Source of the DNA: a virus
Length of the DNA: 64,000 nucleotides
Reading direction: 5' to 3' (one strand)
IMG/VR virus record: IMGVR_UViG_3300035698_019437
Coordinates: 64,001 to 128,000 of that record
Part shown: positions 49,463-57,604 of the stretch, piece by piece
How positions within the stretch are numbered: position 1 is the first letter of the stretch
Layout of the letters: each line of letters begins with the position of its first letter
Notes under the pieces: generated by a model
What the model saw: the letters and a program-made list of their open reading frames with translations, nothing else
Databases searched by the model: none
What the model was told of the DNA's origin: nothing
Translations under genes and position numbers: made by a program

Positions 49463-50449
49463 ATGAAAGATTTAGATGATATTTTTGATATACCTACAGA
49501 GAAAAAAGAACAGCAAGAAGATGATCCGAATACGAAGTTCGGAGACAAAGTTGCAGACGTTGTAGGAGATTTGTCTAAAGACTCTGTAGCTTTGGAAGTT
49601 ACGCATGTTATGGCAGCAGATGATGCGCCTCCCGGCGTAGCTGAAGATTTAGAGAAGATAGTTGAAGCTAAATCAGAACCCGAGTCTCTTCCAGAAGAGG
49701 TTGTACCCGCACAAGGTGGTGAAGAAGTAGGGAAATATTACGACGAACCCGGTGCCATACCAGGTGGTCCATGGATACTTAAAAGTCCAAATTCTATGTA
49801 TGATAATTTCTATGAAGAGAAGAAGGAATTATTAACACAGATACTTGTTGATGGAGCTATACCATTTCCTAAATACAGGAACGAGCTTAAAACAAGTAGC
49901 GTAGATATATCTGTAGTTACCTTTGATAAAGATGAGATATACCAGAAGATGTCTGCTGTTCAAGGTTTGAAAGAAAGAGTTAAGCAAATTCAAATTCATT
50001 GCAATAGCCAATTTTTTCTTTGGGAACGTTCTTTACAGCTTATGCACGGTGTTCTAGCTCGTATAGATTACGAAAAACCAGTTGTTAAGAATGAAGGCGT
50101 TGTATATGAACATATGAATGATATGGAAAGATACTTTGGTAATCTTAAAGGGTTGACCAAATCTGCTGATGCTGTTATGAAGACGCTAGAAGGTGCGTTT
50201 GATTGTCTTTCCAGGAGAGTAACTATAGCTATGCCGATGCGAGGTATAGAAAGAAAAGAACCTCAACCTCAACTGCAACCGCAACTGCAACCTCAACCGC
50301 AACTGCAACCTCAACCGCAACCCAAGTCGGAAGAAATGTCTTATTTCGATAAATTAGATTCATCTGCGTCTAAGCAAATTATTGAAAGTCATAAAGTTTC
50401 TGAGAAAAAAGTCAAGGGTACACAAAGTGTGAGTTGGGGAAACATATAA
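49463..50449 (+). CDS. Hypothetical coiled-coil protein with PQ repeat (possible recombination mediator)
   Basis: AGGAG RBS; helical core; directly upstream of SSB and RecA. Confidence 0.6.
   Translation: MKDLDDIFDIPTEKKEQQEDDPNTKFGDKVADVVGDLSKDSVALEVTHVMAADDAPPGVAEDLEKIVEAKSEPESLPEEVVPAQGGEEVGKYYDEPGAIPGGPWILKSPNSMYDNFYEEKKELLTQILVDGAIPFPKYRNELKTSSVDISVVTFDKDEIYQKMSAVQGLKERVKQIQIHCNSQFFLWERSLQLMHGVLARIDYEKPVVKNEGVVYEHMNDMERYFGNLKGLTKSADAVMKTLEGAFDCLSRRVTIAMPMRGIERKEPQPQLQPQLQPQPQLQPQPQPKSEEMSYFDKLDSSASKQIIESHKVSEKKVKGTQSVSWGNI
50261..50323 (+). repeat. Hexamer tandem repeat (CCTCAA/CTGCAA/CCGCAA) encoding PQPQLQPQLQPQPQLQPQPQP
   Basis: Ten consecutive NNNCAA units read directly. Confidence 0.9.
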
Positions 50450-50492
50450 TAGTAATGTTGTCAAATAATGTTCTACTTTAGAGGAGATCGCA

Positions 50493-51158
50493 ATGAGCAA
50501 TGAGATTAACTGGAAGGAAGTTGGCGAGAATTCCAAGCTGAATTCATTTGATGGAGAAAGCAAGAAGATTAACTTTTTAAGGTTGTCAAGTGGACAAACT
50601 TATAAAGTAAGACCTTTGGGAAGTCCTGTTATGTTTTACAAGTATGTTGTAAATCACGAGGGTTCTTGGCGTTGGGCTATTTGTTCTGATCCTGATACGT
50701 GTCCCGTAAGAAGCAAGCATAATGTAGAGCCAAGAGAGCGATATGCTGTCAATATCATCGACCGTTCTGATGGTCAGATTAAGATTATGGAAGGTCCGGT
50801 TACTGTATTCAAGAAGTTCAGAGAGTACTTCGAAATGACTGATGCCTCTCCCGGTGGGAAACAAGGTGCTGATTTTATTATCAAGGTAACTGGTGCTGGA
50901 TTAAAGACTCGTTACGAAGTTTCTAAGGATCAAAGAACCCCCTTCACTGAGGAAGAGACTGCTTTTATCAAGGATAACTTCTACACGCTAGAGAATATTT
51001 TTAAGGCTACTCCGGAAGATGAGATTGAAGATGTATTGTTCGGAGAAGGTAAGAAAGAAAAGGTCAGCGAACCGCAAGTTGCTGTTGCGGAACCTGCTCC
51101 TTCGCCTACTACCACGACTGAAGCTGCTGCAACAGATGGTGATGAGCTTCCTTGGTAA
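50493..51158 (+). CDS. Phage ssDNA-binding protein (gp32-like)
   Basis: FL.L..G....VR.LG, C..CP, RYAVNIIDR.DG, G.DF.I..TG.G..TRY; acidic tail DGDELPW; GAGGAG RBS. Confidence 0.8.
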   Translation: MSNEINWKEVGENSKLNSFDGESKKINFLRLSSGQTYKVRPLGSPVMFYKYVVNHEGSWRWAICSDPDTCPVRSKHNVEPRERYAVNIIDRSDGQIKIMEGPVTVFKKFREYFEMTDASPGGKQGADFIIKVTGAGLKTRYEVSKDQRTPFTEEETAFIKDNFYTLENIFKATPEDEIEDVLFGEGKKEKVSEPQVAVAEPAPSPTTTTEAAATDGDELPW

Positions 51159-51207
51159 TATGATTCTTTAGCAACTTAACACTGTTTATATATACAAGGG
51201 AGATGCT

Positions 51208-52446
51208 ATGTCAAAATCAAAAGATATTGTAGTAGAAAATTTGAAAGGGTTTGTAAGAAAAGGAGCATCTTCTTGCAGTCCGGGAAATATCCCGACTGGT
51301 CATTTCCCTCTTGACTTTGTTATTCATCACGGGACTACTCCCGATAAAGTCGATCTCAACAAAGTAGATGGATACGATCCCTCTAAGCCACTAGGTTTAC
51401 CGCTTGGAAAACTTATCGAGATTTTCGGTGGGGAAGGAGCCGGTAAATCTAGTTTGGCTTATAGGGTAGTAGGATATGCTCAGAAGCTAGGGCATGCCTG
51501 TGCGTGGCTAGATACTGAAAATAGCTTTGCTGAGAACCTAGCTACAATTAACGGTGTCAATAAAGAAGAACTGTATTATTCTGATATGTCAACTGAGGAA
51601 GAACTAGATAAAGTCTTCTATGCAGAAGATGTTTTTGACGCGATTATAACTCTTATCAAGAGTGGCGTTAAGGTTATTGTCTTAGACTCAGTTGCAAATT
51701 TAGTCCCGAAGGTTCGTATGGAAGCACAAGCAGAACAAAGAACTGTTGGTGTCCTTGCTAGACTTATGAGTGAAAATCTTGGGAAGATTGTTAACTATGC
51801 TGGTAGTCATGGAGCTATGGTTATCTTTATCAATCAGTTAAGAGAAAAGATCGGGGTTTTCTTTGGAAATCCAGAGACAACTCCTGGCGGTAGAAGTCTA
51901 AAGCATAATTGTTCTGTAAGGATTCAGATTTCTAAGAAGGGCGGCAAAGAAGCTGATATCTTCATAGAGAACGAAGAAGGCAATGAATCTCTTATCGGAA
52001 GATATGCTAGAGTGAATGTTAGAAAGAATAGAATGGCTAAGCCATACATGGAAAGCATTTTGGTTCCTGTTTATTACGAAGCATATTTCCCAGACATTGA
52101 GGAAATGCTATTTGATGTCGGTCGTCAACTCAAATTGATTTCAGTTAGAAAAGGCGTATTTAAATGGGAAGACAGTAAAGGAAAAGAACATAAGTTGGAT
52201 GGCAGAAGAGCTTTCATTGATTACATTAAAAGTAATAAGTTGGAGTTTTTGCTTGCTAATAGCCTTATCGCTAAGGCTGCTGAGGTAGGCGTATTTTTGC
52301 CGCCAGAAATTACTCAATGGTATATGAATAATACGAAAGCAGAAGAGGGTATCGGAAGTGACGAAAAAACATCCAATAAGGAGGGATCGGCTTCCGGACG
52401 CAGAAAGGGAAAAAGTAGCAAGGTGGGCGACGGAGACTCTCAATAA
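51208..52446 (+). CDS. recA: RecA/UvsX recombinase
   Basis: IPTG..LD, GLP.G..IEIFGGEGAGKS, DTE, VLDSVA, ARLMS, FINQLREKIG..FGNPETTPGGR.LK, KNR. Confidence 0.95.
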   Translation: MSKSKDIVVENLKGFVRKGASSCSPGNIPTGHFPLDFVIHHGTTPDKVDLNKVDGYDPSKPLGLPLGKLIEIFGGEGAGKSSLAYRVVGYAQKLGHACAWLDTENSFAENLATINGVNKEELYYSDMSTEEELDKVFYAEDVFDAIITLIKSGVKVIVLDSVANLVPKVRMEAQAEQRTVGVLARLMSENLGKIVNYAGSHGAMVIFINQLREKIGVFFGNPETTPGGRSLKHNCSVRIQISKKGGKEADIFIENEEGNESLIGRYARVNVRKNRMAKPYMESILVPVYYEAYFPDIEEMLFDVGRQLKLISVRKGVFKWEDSKGKEHKLDGRRAFIDYIKSNKLEFLLANSLIAKAAEVGVFLPPEITQWYMNNTKAEEGIGSDEKTSNKEGSASGRRKGKSSKVGDGDSQ

Positions 52447-53101
52447 AAGAGAAAATGGAGAATCAAAAGAAGCGTTTGAGTATTTGAGAGATGTTAGAGG
52501 GCTATCTGAAAGAACTATTAAGGACTTTCGAATAGGTTATGTTCCCAAGAGTGTCCAGAATGAGTACGGTAATAGACACGAATGTGCAGGTAGGATCATT
52601 TTTCCTATCTTCGATGCCTATAACAGTTTAGTAGCTTTATCTACAAGAGACTGGCGAGAAAATGCCAAGATGAAACATTGGCATGAAAGTTTTGCCAAAT
52701 CTCTTTATCTATACGGTTTGAATGCTGTAAAAAAATGGGTTTCTCATTATAATCTTTGTATGATAGTCGAAGGTGAATTTGACCTATTCTCCGTATATAA
52801 TGTAGGGTTATATCCAGTTGTAGGTACTTTGGGAACATCTCTTAACCTTTTTCAAATTTCCATGCTTAAAAGATATTGTGATAACATATACCTTATATTT
52901 GATGGTGATGAACCTGGTAGGAATGCGACTCAAAGAGTGTTAACTGTAAGTAAACAACATGGGTTATCTAGTTTCGAGATAAACATAATACCTGTATATA
53001 TGCCTGAAAAATCAGACCCCGATAGTTTCGTCAGACAAAACGGCAAATCATCATTTGTAAGTTTGATGCGCGAAGCTAAGAAATTGAAAGAGAAGAAATA
53101 A
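52358..53101 (+). CDS. dnaG: DNA primase DnaG catalytic core (Toprim_N + TOPRIM) lacking the zinc-binding domain
   Basis: YL...RGL....I..F.IGY, GRIIFPI, LYGL, IVEGEFD, GT.L...Q, FDGD.PG..A, KSDPDSF; no CHC2 motif. Confidence 0.9.
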   Translation: MTKKHPIRRDRLPDAEREKVARWATETLNKRENGESKEAFEYLRDVRGLSERTIKDFRIGYVPKSVQNEYGNRHECAGRIIFPIFDAYNSLVALSTRDWRENAKMKHWHESFAKSLYLYGLNAVKKWVSHYNLCMIVEGEFDLFSVYNVGLYPVVGTLGTSLNLFQISMLKRYCDNIYLIFDGDEPGRNATQRVLTVSKQHGLSSFEINIIPVYMPEKSDPDSFVRQNGKSSFVSLMREAKKLKEKK

Positions 53102-54039
53102 TGGATAATTGGAATATGGTATCTCCTGACGTTGCTGCTGTCATGGGAGTTGTTGATACTGTTATGCAATGGAAGCGTCTTGGTTCTCACCGTTCTTATA
53201 TACATTATCATCCTTCTGAATTTGGTAAATGTCTTCGAAAGATGCAATACAAGCATTATGAATCGCTTGGTCTTATTGGACCCGCTAAAGAAGAATTAGA
53301 TAGTAAGCTTCTTAGATTGTTTGATAAGGGTCATAATATGCATGCGAGATGGACAACCTATTTTGAAGCTGCGGGAGTGTTGAGAGGATACTGGGTTTGT
53401 CAGAATTTGCTTTGCGATAAATCCAAAGATGGTAGAAGAAAGATTTATGGTTTGGATGATGTTCTTGGGGTATTTAAACCAGAAGTATGCGAATGTGGAT
53501 GTAAACTTTTTGCTTATGAAGAAGTAAAAGTTGAAAGTAAAGAGATGAATGTATTTGGTCATGCTGATATGATCTTAGATTTTTCTGCTTTTGACGGGAG
53601 TTCACTTAAAGGAGTCGATCCACAATTCACAATAGCAGATTTACCAAGTAAACCGATTGTAGTTGATATGAAAACTGCCAATGACAATAGTTTTAAAAGA
53701 GTCATAAAAGATGGTCCGTCTCCCGAATATCAAATACAGCTAACTATCTATGCCAATATACTTGGATGCCAGTATGGTCTTCTAGTATATGAAAATAAGA
53801 ATAATTCAGTAACTGCTAGTTATAAAATAGCTACAAAGACTGATACCCTTTTTGAACTTATAAATCGTCAAGCGAAGTTAATGATTGAAATGGTTCCACA
53901 TAAATTATTACCTCCACCTAGACCTAATAAGCGTGATTGTTATGAATGTAAAGGATGTCCCTTCAACGCAGTATGCAAGAAGTCCGGTATTTGGGAGAAT
54001 CCTAAATTGGAAGAGATAAAGAAAAAGTTTTACGGCTAA
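53101..54039 (+). CDS. Cas4-like PD-(D/E)xK exonuclease with Fe-S cysteines
   Basis: HPS..GKCLRK, G...H, GHAD, DMKT, Q...Y, C..C..CPF...C. Confidence 0.82.
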   Translation: MDNWNMVSPDVAAVMGVVDTVMQWKRLGSHRSYIHYHPSEFGKCLRKMQYKHYESLGLIGPAKEELDSKLLRLFDKGHNMHARWTTYFEAAGVLRGYWVCQNLLCDKSKDGRRKIYGLDDVLGVFKPEVCECGCKLFAYEEVKVESKEMNVFGHADMILDFSAFDGSSLKGVDPQFTIADLPSKPIVVDMKTANDNSFKRVIKDGPSPEYQIQLTIYANILGCQYGLLVYENKNNSVTASYKIATKTDTLFELINRQAKLMIEMVPHKLLPPPRPNKRDCYECKGCPFNAVCKKSGIWENPKLEEIKKKFYG

Positions 54040-54111
54040 GTCTATATGCCAAATGCTTTTGCCGATACACTAAATTAGTAATACTTGATAACTAATTCGA
54101 AGGAGAAACTA

Positions 54112-54459
54112 ATGCACGACAACCAAGTAGATGATTCTGGAAATAGTAAGCATCCTTTTATCAATTCAGAAGACCCGAAGTTGTTACTTATAAAAGGTAA
54201 TTTGACAAAAGAGAAATCAAAAGATTATGTCAAGAAGGTAGCCAATGCTATTAACAAAGTAATTAGCAAGCATGAGACGGCTATTCTAAGATGTGTTGGC
54301 GCTGCGTCTGTTAACAATGCAGTCAAGGCGACCATCATTGCATCTGGAGAAGCCAAAAAAAGAGGAGATGATTTAGCAATTGTTCCAAGCTTCCATAACG
54401 TAAATTTTGATGGTGTGGGAGAGAAGACCTCTATAGTATTAGAAGTTAGGAAAATTTGA
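54112..54459 (+). CDS. spoVS: SpoVS-family (Alba-like) protein
   Basis: KVANAI, LRCVGAASVNNAVKA..IA, PSF; AAGGAG RBS supports ATG at 54112. Confidence 0.82.
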   Translation: MHDNQVDDSGNSKHPFINSEDPKLLLIKGNLTKEKSKDYVKKVANAINKVISKHETAILRCVGAASVNNAVKATIIASGEAKKRGDDLAIVPSFHNVNFDGVGEKTSIVLEVRKI

Positions 54460-54474
54460 TCGAAGGAGATAACA

Positions 54475-55059
54475 ATGTTATATAGGTTGAACCAAACAAA
54501 GATTGCGGAATTAATAGAAGCTGGTGAAGTCAAACCACTCGATTCTGATTTAGAAATTGAAGATTGCATTACAGCCGTATCAGATTTAGATAGGAAAATA
54601 GATTTCCTAAAGCGTCTAAAGAAAAACAGACAAGAAACTATTGATAAGGTTATTAAGAAACATGAATCCACCAAGAACCTGATTAGACAGGTTATTCTTG
54701 AAACTCTCAAAGTCAATGAGATCAAATCTTTAGATTTTCCCGGTGTAGGAAGAGTTGTATCTAAAAATACAAAGGGCAAATGGATTATTGATGATGAGGA
54801 AACTTTGATATCTATTCTTGAGAAAGAACTAGATAAAGATCAATTAGAAGAAACCGTTAAGAGTAGCAAGAGTTTAGTTAAGAAGCATCTTAATAAGATT
54901 CTTGAGCGTTGGTCTAAAACAGATTCTGTACCTAAATGTGTAAAGAAAGAAGATGATCAAGTTGGGTTGTCTGTATCTATTTATGAGCCTGAGAAGCTTC
55001 CTGAAGCTAATGCAAATAGTGCAACAGACACTGAGGATTTGGATAAGCTAGATTTTTGA
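54475..55059 (+). CDS. Gp157/Gam-like coiled-coil protein
   Basis: Coiled coil followed by KSL.FPG.G.V...K..W.I.DE and K..L.K pattern; AAGGAG RBS. Confidence 0.55.
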   Translation: MLYRLNQTKIAELIEAGEVKPLDSDLEIEDCITAVSDLDRKIDFLKRLKKNRQETIDKVIKKHESTKNLIRQVILETLKVNEIKSLDFPGVGRVVSKNTKGKWIIDDEETLISILEKELDKDQLEETVKSSKSLVKKHLNKILERWSKTDSVPKCVKKEDDQVGLSVSIYEPEKLPEANANSATDTEDLDKLDF

Positions 55060-55060
55060 T

Positions 55061-56983
55061 ATGAAAAAGAAGAAAAAGAAGACAAAGAAGACAAAGACAA
55101 ATAAAACTGATCTAATCAGTAAGGCTAGAGTAAAGCTAGAAAGAATATATAAGAAAATACCAGATACTCAGGGATGTATGGAGAATTTGAAGAAGGAAAA
55201 TGGTTGTAGTGCTTGGTGCTGCGTTGCGGCTGGAACTAAAGTATATACTCCTTCTGGATTGATACCGATTGAAAACTTATCTGTCGGTGATCCTATTTTT
55301 ACTAAAAATGGTTTGAGTAGAGTTGTCAGAACAGGTAATAGGTTTATCAAGGAACATATTTTAGAGATAAAAACGTGCTATGGCAGAACAATCAGGCTTA
55401 CAAAAGATCACAGAGTATTTGTAGATTTGATAACTAGAAAAAGTAGGTATGTATATGATAAATCGGAATTTGTAGAATCTGAGTCGTTAATTCCTAAAAC
55501 GGGTAAAAACGACCCTGGTCATTATGTAATTTTTCCAAAGATAAATATAAGAGAGAACGATAATCCGATTTATATTCAAGTAAACAATTTCGCTGATGTT
55601 TTTGTTTGCAATGAGGGGGATGATCTTTCAAAAGATTCTGAATATTGTTATGCTTCATCTGTTAAAAGAGGTCGTAAAATCAAGAAAAATATTTTGTTAG
55701 ACCCCGATTTTTGCTGGGTGCTGGGGTTATATCTAGCTGAAGGGTCTGTTTCTACAGATAGTGTAGATTTTCATATTAGTTCTGACGAAGTAGATTTATT
55801 AAGTAAGTTAGAAAAGTTTGCTAAATCTTTGAATGTTTACTGTTCTAATAAAATTAATATAGGGAAAAGTAAAACTGTTAGAATTTTTAGTAGGGTATTA
55901 GCTAGATTTTTTAAGAATGCGGGTGGTTCTGGCTGTGAAAACAAAAAACTTGATGATAGACTTTTCAAACTTATTGTATCAAAAAAAGAATTAAGAAACT
56001 CATTTCATCAAGGATTATATGCAGGAGACGGAACAAAAAAACTTTATAAAAATTTAAAATATGCTTATACTACTACTTCACGGAACTTAGTTGATCAGGT
56101 CGTATTTTTAAATTATCTAGATAATGAAATTCCTATAGTTCATCGTACACGAAGATATAATAGAAAAGATTCTTTTTCTATATCTATCTCTAAGGGTAAG
56201 TTTAAGGATTATGTTGAAACCGATAATGATTTTAGGGTTCCTGTGAGAGATGTAAAAACCGTGTCATACGATGGTTTAGTTTATGATATTGAGGTCGCTC
56301 ACGGAGAATCTTTTTTGACTGAGGCAGGAGAAATACATAATTGTCAGATACAGTCTCCACAGGTTCTATATGCTGAATTCCTTAATGGTTGGCAGTTTAT
56401 TCTAGATAACTGGAAGCCTGTTGATATTATAGAGCTTGTAAGAAGGTCTCTTAATACTTATGTAGATAATAAACCCACTAAAGGGTGTGTTATGTGGGAT
56501 TCTGAGTCTAAGCTTTGTTTGAGTCATACGACTAGACCGTTTAGCTGTAGAATGTATGGTATTATTCCTGCTGAAGAATTTGCTTCTAGAATAGCTAGAG
56601 TAAAAGAGCAACTTAAGGATAAGAAAGATGCCGTTATCCATGATCAATGTGTTTTGGTTAGTACAGTTAGCGGAGAAAAAGTATCTACCATACAGACTGA
56701 TATTTGGATGGATCAACTAACTCAAGTGGAAATGTTCATAGGCGTTCCACGTCATAGCATTCATGATCAATTTGGTGGTAGTTACAGAACATATCATGAT
56801 CATGTATTAATTCATCTTTTTCCTGATGATGTGATGCAGAACCTTTCTATAGTAAGGGTACAAGGAACGGATGAAGAAAAGGAAATTGTTGTAGAAAAGT
56901 TAACTAATCACTTTAGACAAAGAATGTTTAATATATTCACTGAAGGTGAAGAAAGTGGCAAAACAAACACAGAAGAGAGTTAA
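55061..56983 (+). CDS. YkgJ/FliB-family (CxxCxxCC-type) Zn/Fe-S protein interrupted by an intein
   Basis: Exteins LE.IY..IP..GC..GC..WC | CQ..SP.V...E..C..WD....C..H..RP.SCR.YG; spliced product 266 aa. Confidence 0.85.
   Translation: MKKKKKKTKKTKTNKTDLISKARVKLERIYKKIPDTQGCMENLKKENGCSAWCCVAAGTKVYTPSGLIPIENLSVGDPIFTKNGLSRVVRTGNRFIKEHILEIKTCYGRTIRLTKDHRVFVDLITRKSRYVYDKSEFVESESLIPKTGKNDPGHYVIFPKINIRENDNPIYIQVNNFADVFVCNEGDDLSKDSEYCYASSVKRGRKIKKNILLDPDFCWVLGLYLAEGSVSTDSVDFHISSDEVDLLSKLEKFAKSLNVYCSNKINIGKSKTVRIFSRVLARFFKNAGGSGCENKKLDDRLFKLIVSKKELRNSFHQGLYAGDGTKKLYKNLKYAYTTTSRNLVDQVVFLNYLDNEIPIVHRTRRYNRKDSFSISISKGKFKDYVETDNDFRVPVRDVKTVSYDGLVYDIEVAHGESFLTEAGEIHNCQIQSPQVLYAEFLNGWQFILDNWKPVDIIELVRRSLNTYVDNKPTKGCVMWDSESKLCLSHTTRPFSCRMYGIIPAEEFASRIARVKEQLKDKKDAVIHDQCVLVSTVSGEKVSTIQTDIWMDQLTQVEMFIGVPRHSIHDQFGGSYRTYHDHVLIHLFPDDVMQNLSIVRVQGTDEEKEIVVEKLTNHFRQRMFNIFTEGEESGKTNTEES
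55220..56341 (+). mobile_element. Intein with LAGLIDADG endonuclease (374 aa)
   Basis: N-junction CVAAGTKVYT..G..PIE.L.VGD; block B LTKDH; WVLGLYLAEG and FHQGLYAGDG; C-junction VYDIEV...SF....IHN/C. Confidence 0.95.
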
Positions 56984-57296
56984 GGTAGTTAGTTGTGAAT
57001 ACCATAGCGATAAAAACCTTGTAGTATGGACTGTTCAACCTCTGGACGAAGATAAACCTATTAAAATGGCATTTAAAAGTACTGAGTTAGGTGCTGCTGT
57101 AGGAATATCAGGATATATCCCACCAGATGCAATAGAAAAATTCTGTAAAGAAATTACAGGGAAAGAGATTAATTGGGTTCATGAAGTTACCTATGAAAAT
57201 TCTCCTTCTTTAGATGATGTTAGTAATGAAGACTTAGCAGAACAAGTCCATGAGTTAGATAGTTATCCATATGAAGAGATTGAGGACTTGGAATGA
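56946..57296 (+). CDS. Hypothetical protein
   Basis: GTG start; fills the gap; ATGA overlap with the next gene. Confidence 0.6.
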   Translation: MKKVAKQTQKRVKVVSCEYHSDKNLVVWTVQPLDEDKPIKMAFKSTELGAAVGISGYIPPDAIEKFCKEITGKEINWVHEVTYENSPSLDDVSNEDLAEQVHELDSYPYEEIEDLE

Positions 57297-57604
57297 ATAT
57301 AATATTTTTCGGAAGTGATGATTGTAAAAAATGTATAGCTGCTATAGAAGAAATGAAAGAAACAGGTTTAGACAAACTTGCTTCTCATTTTCTATATGTA
57401 GATGCATTCGATGATGACAAACAACCATTATGTGATGAACATGATGTAGATAAATTGCCTCATGTAAAGGTATATAGTAACGGACAACTTGCATATGAAT
57501 CAGTTGGTTCGTGTGATATTGATAAAATAGGAAAAGTTTACGCTGAAGAGCGTGGCAAGATGAAAAAGTTCAATTTTTTGAAACGTCGAGGAAAGTCTGA
57601 TTGA
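57293..57604 (+). CDS. Thioredoxin-like protein
   Basis: FF.S..CKKC, YVD, V..LP fold motifs. Confidence 0.75.
   Translation: MNIIFFGSDDCKKCIAAIEEMKETGLDKLASHFLYVDAFDDDKQPLCDEHDVDKLPHVKVYSNGQLAYESVGSCDIDKIGKVYAEERGKMKKFNFLKRRGKSD

Noticed and set aside
53101-54039. CRISPR-Cas system suggested by the Cas4-like gene
   Set aside because: No repeat-spacer array or other cas genes; solo Cas4-like nucleases are common in phage recombination modules.
54040-54075. Sigma-28-like promoter (GCCGATAC) upstream of spoVS
   Set aside because: No properly spaced TAAA -35 element and no second intergenic instance found to support a motif.
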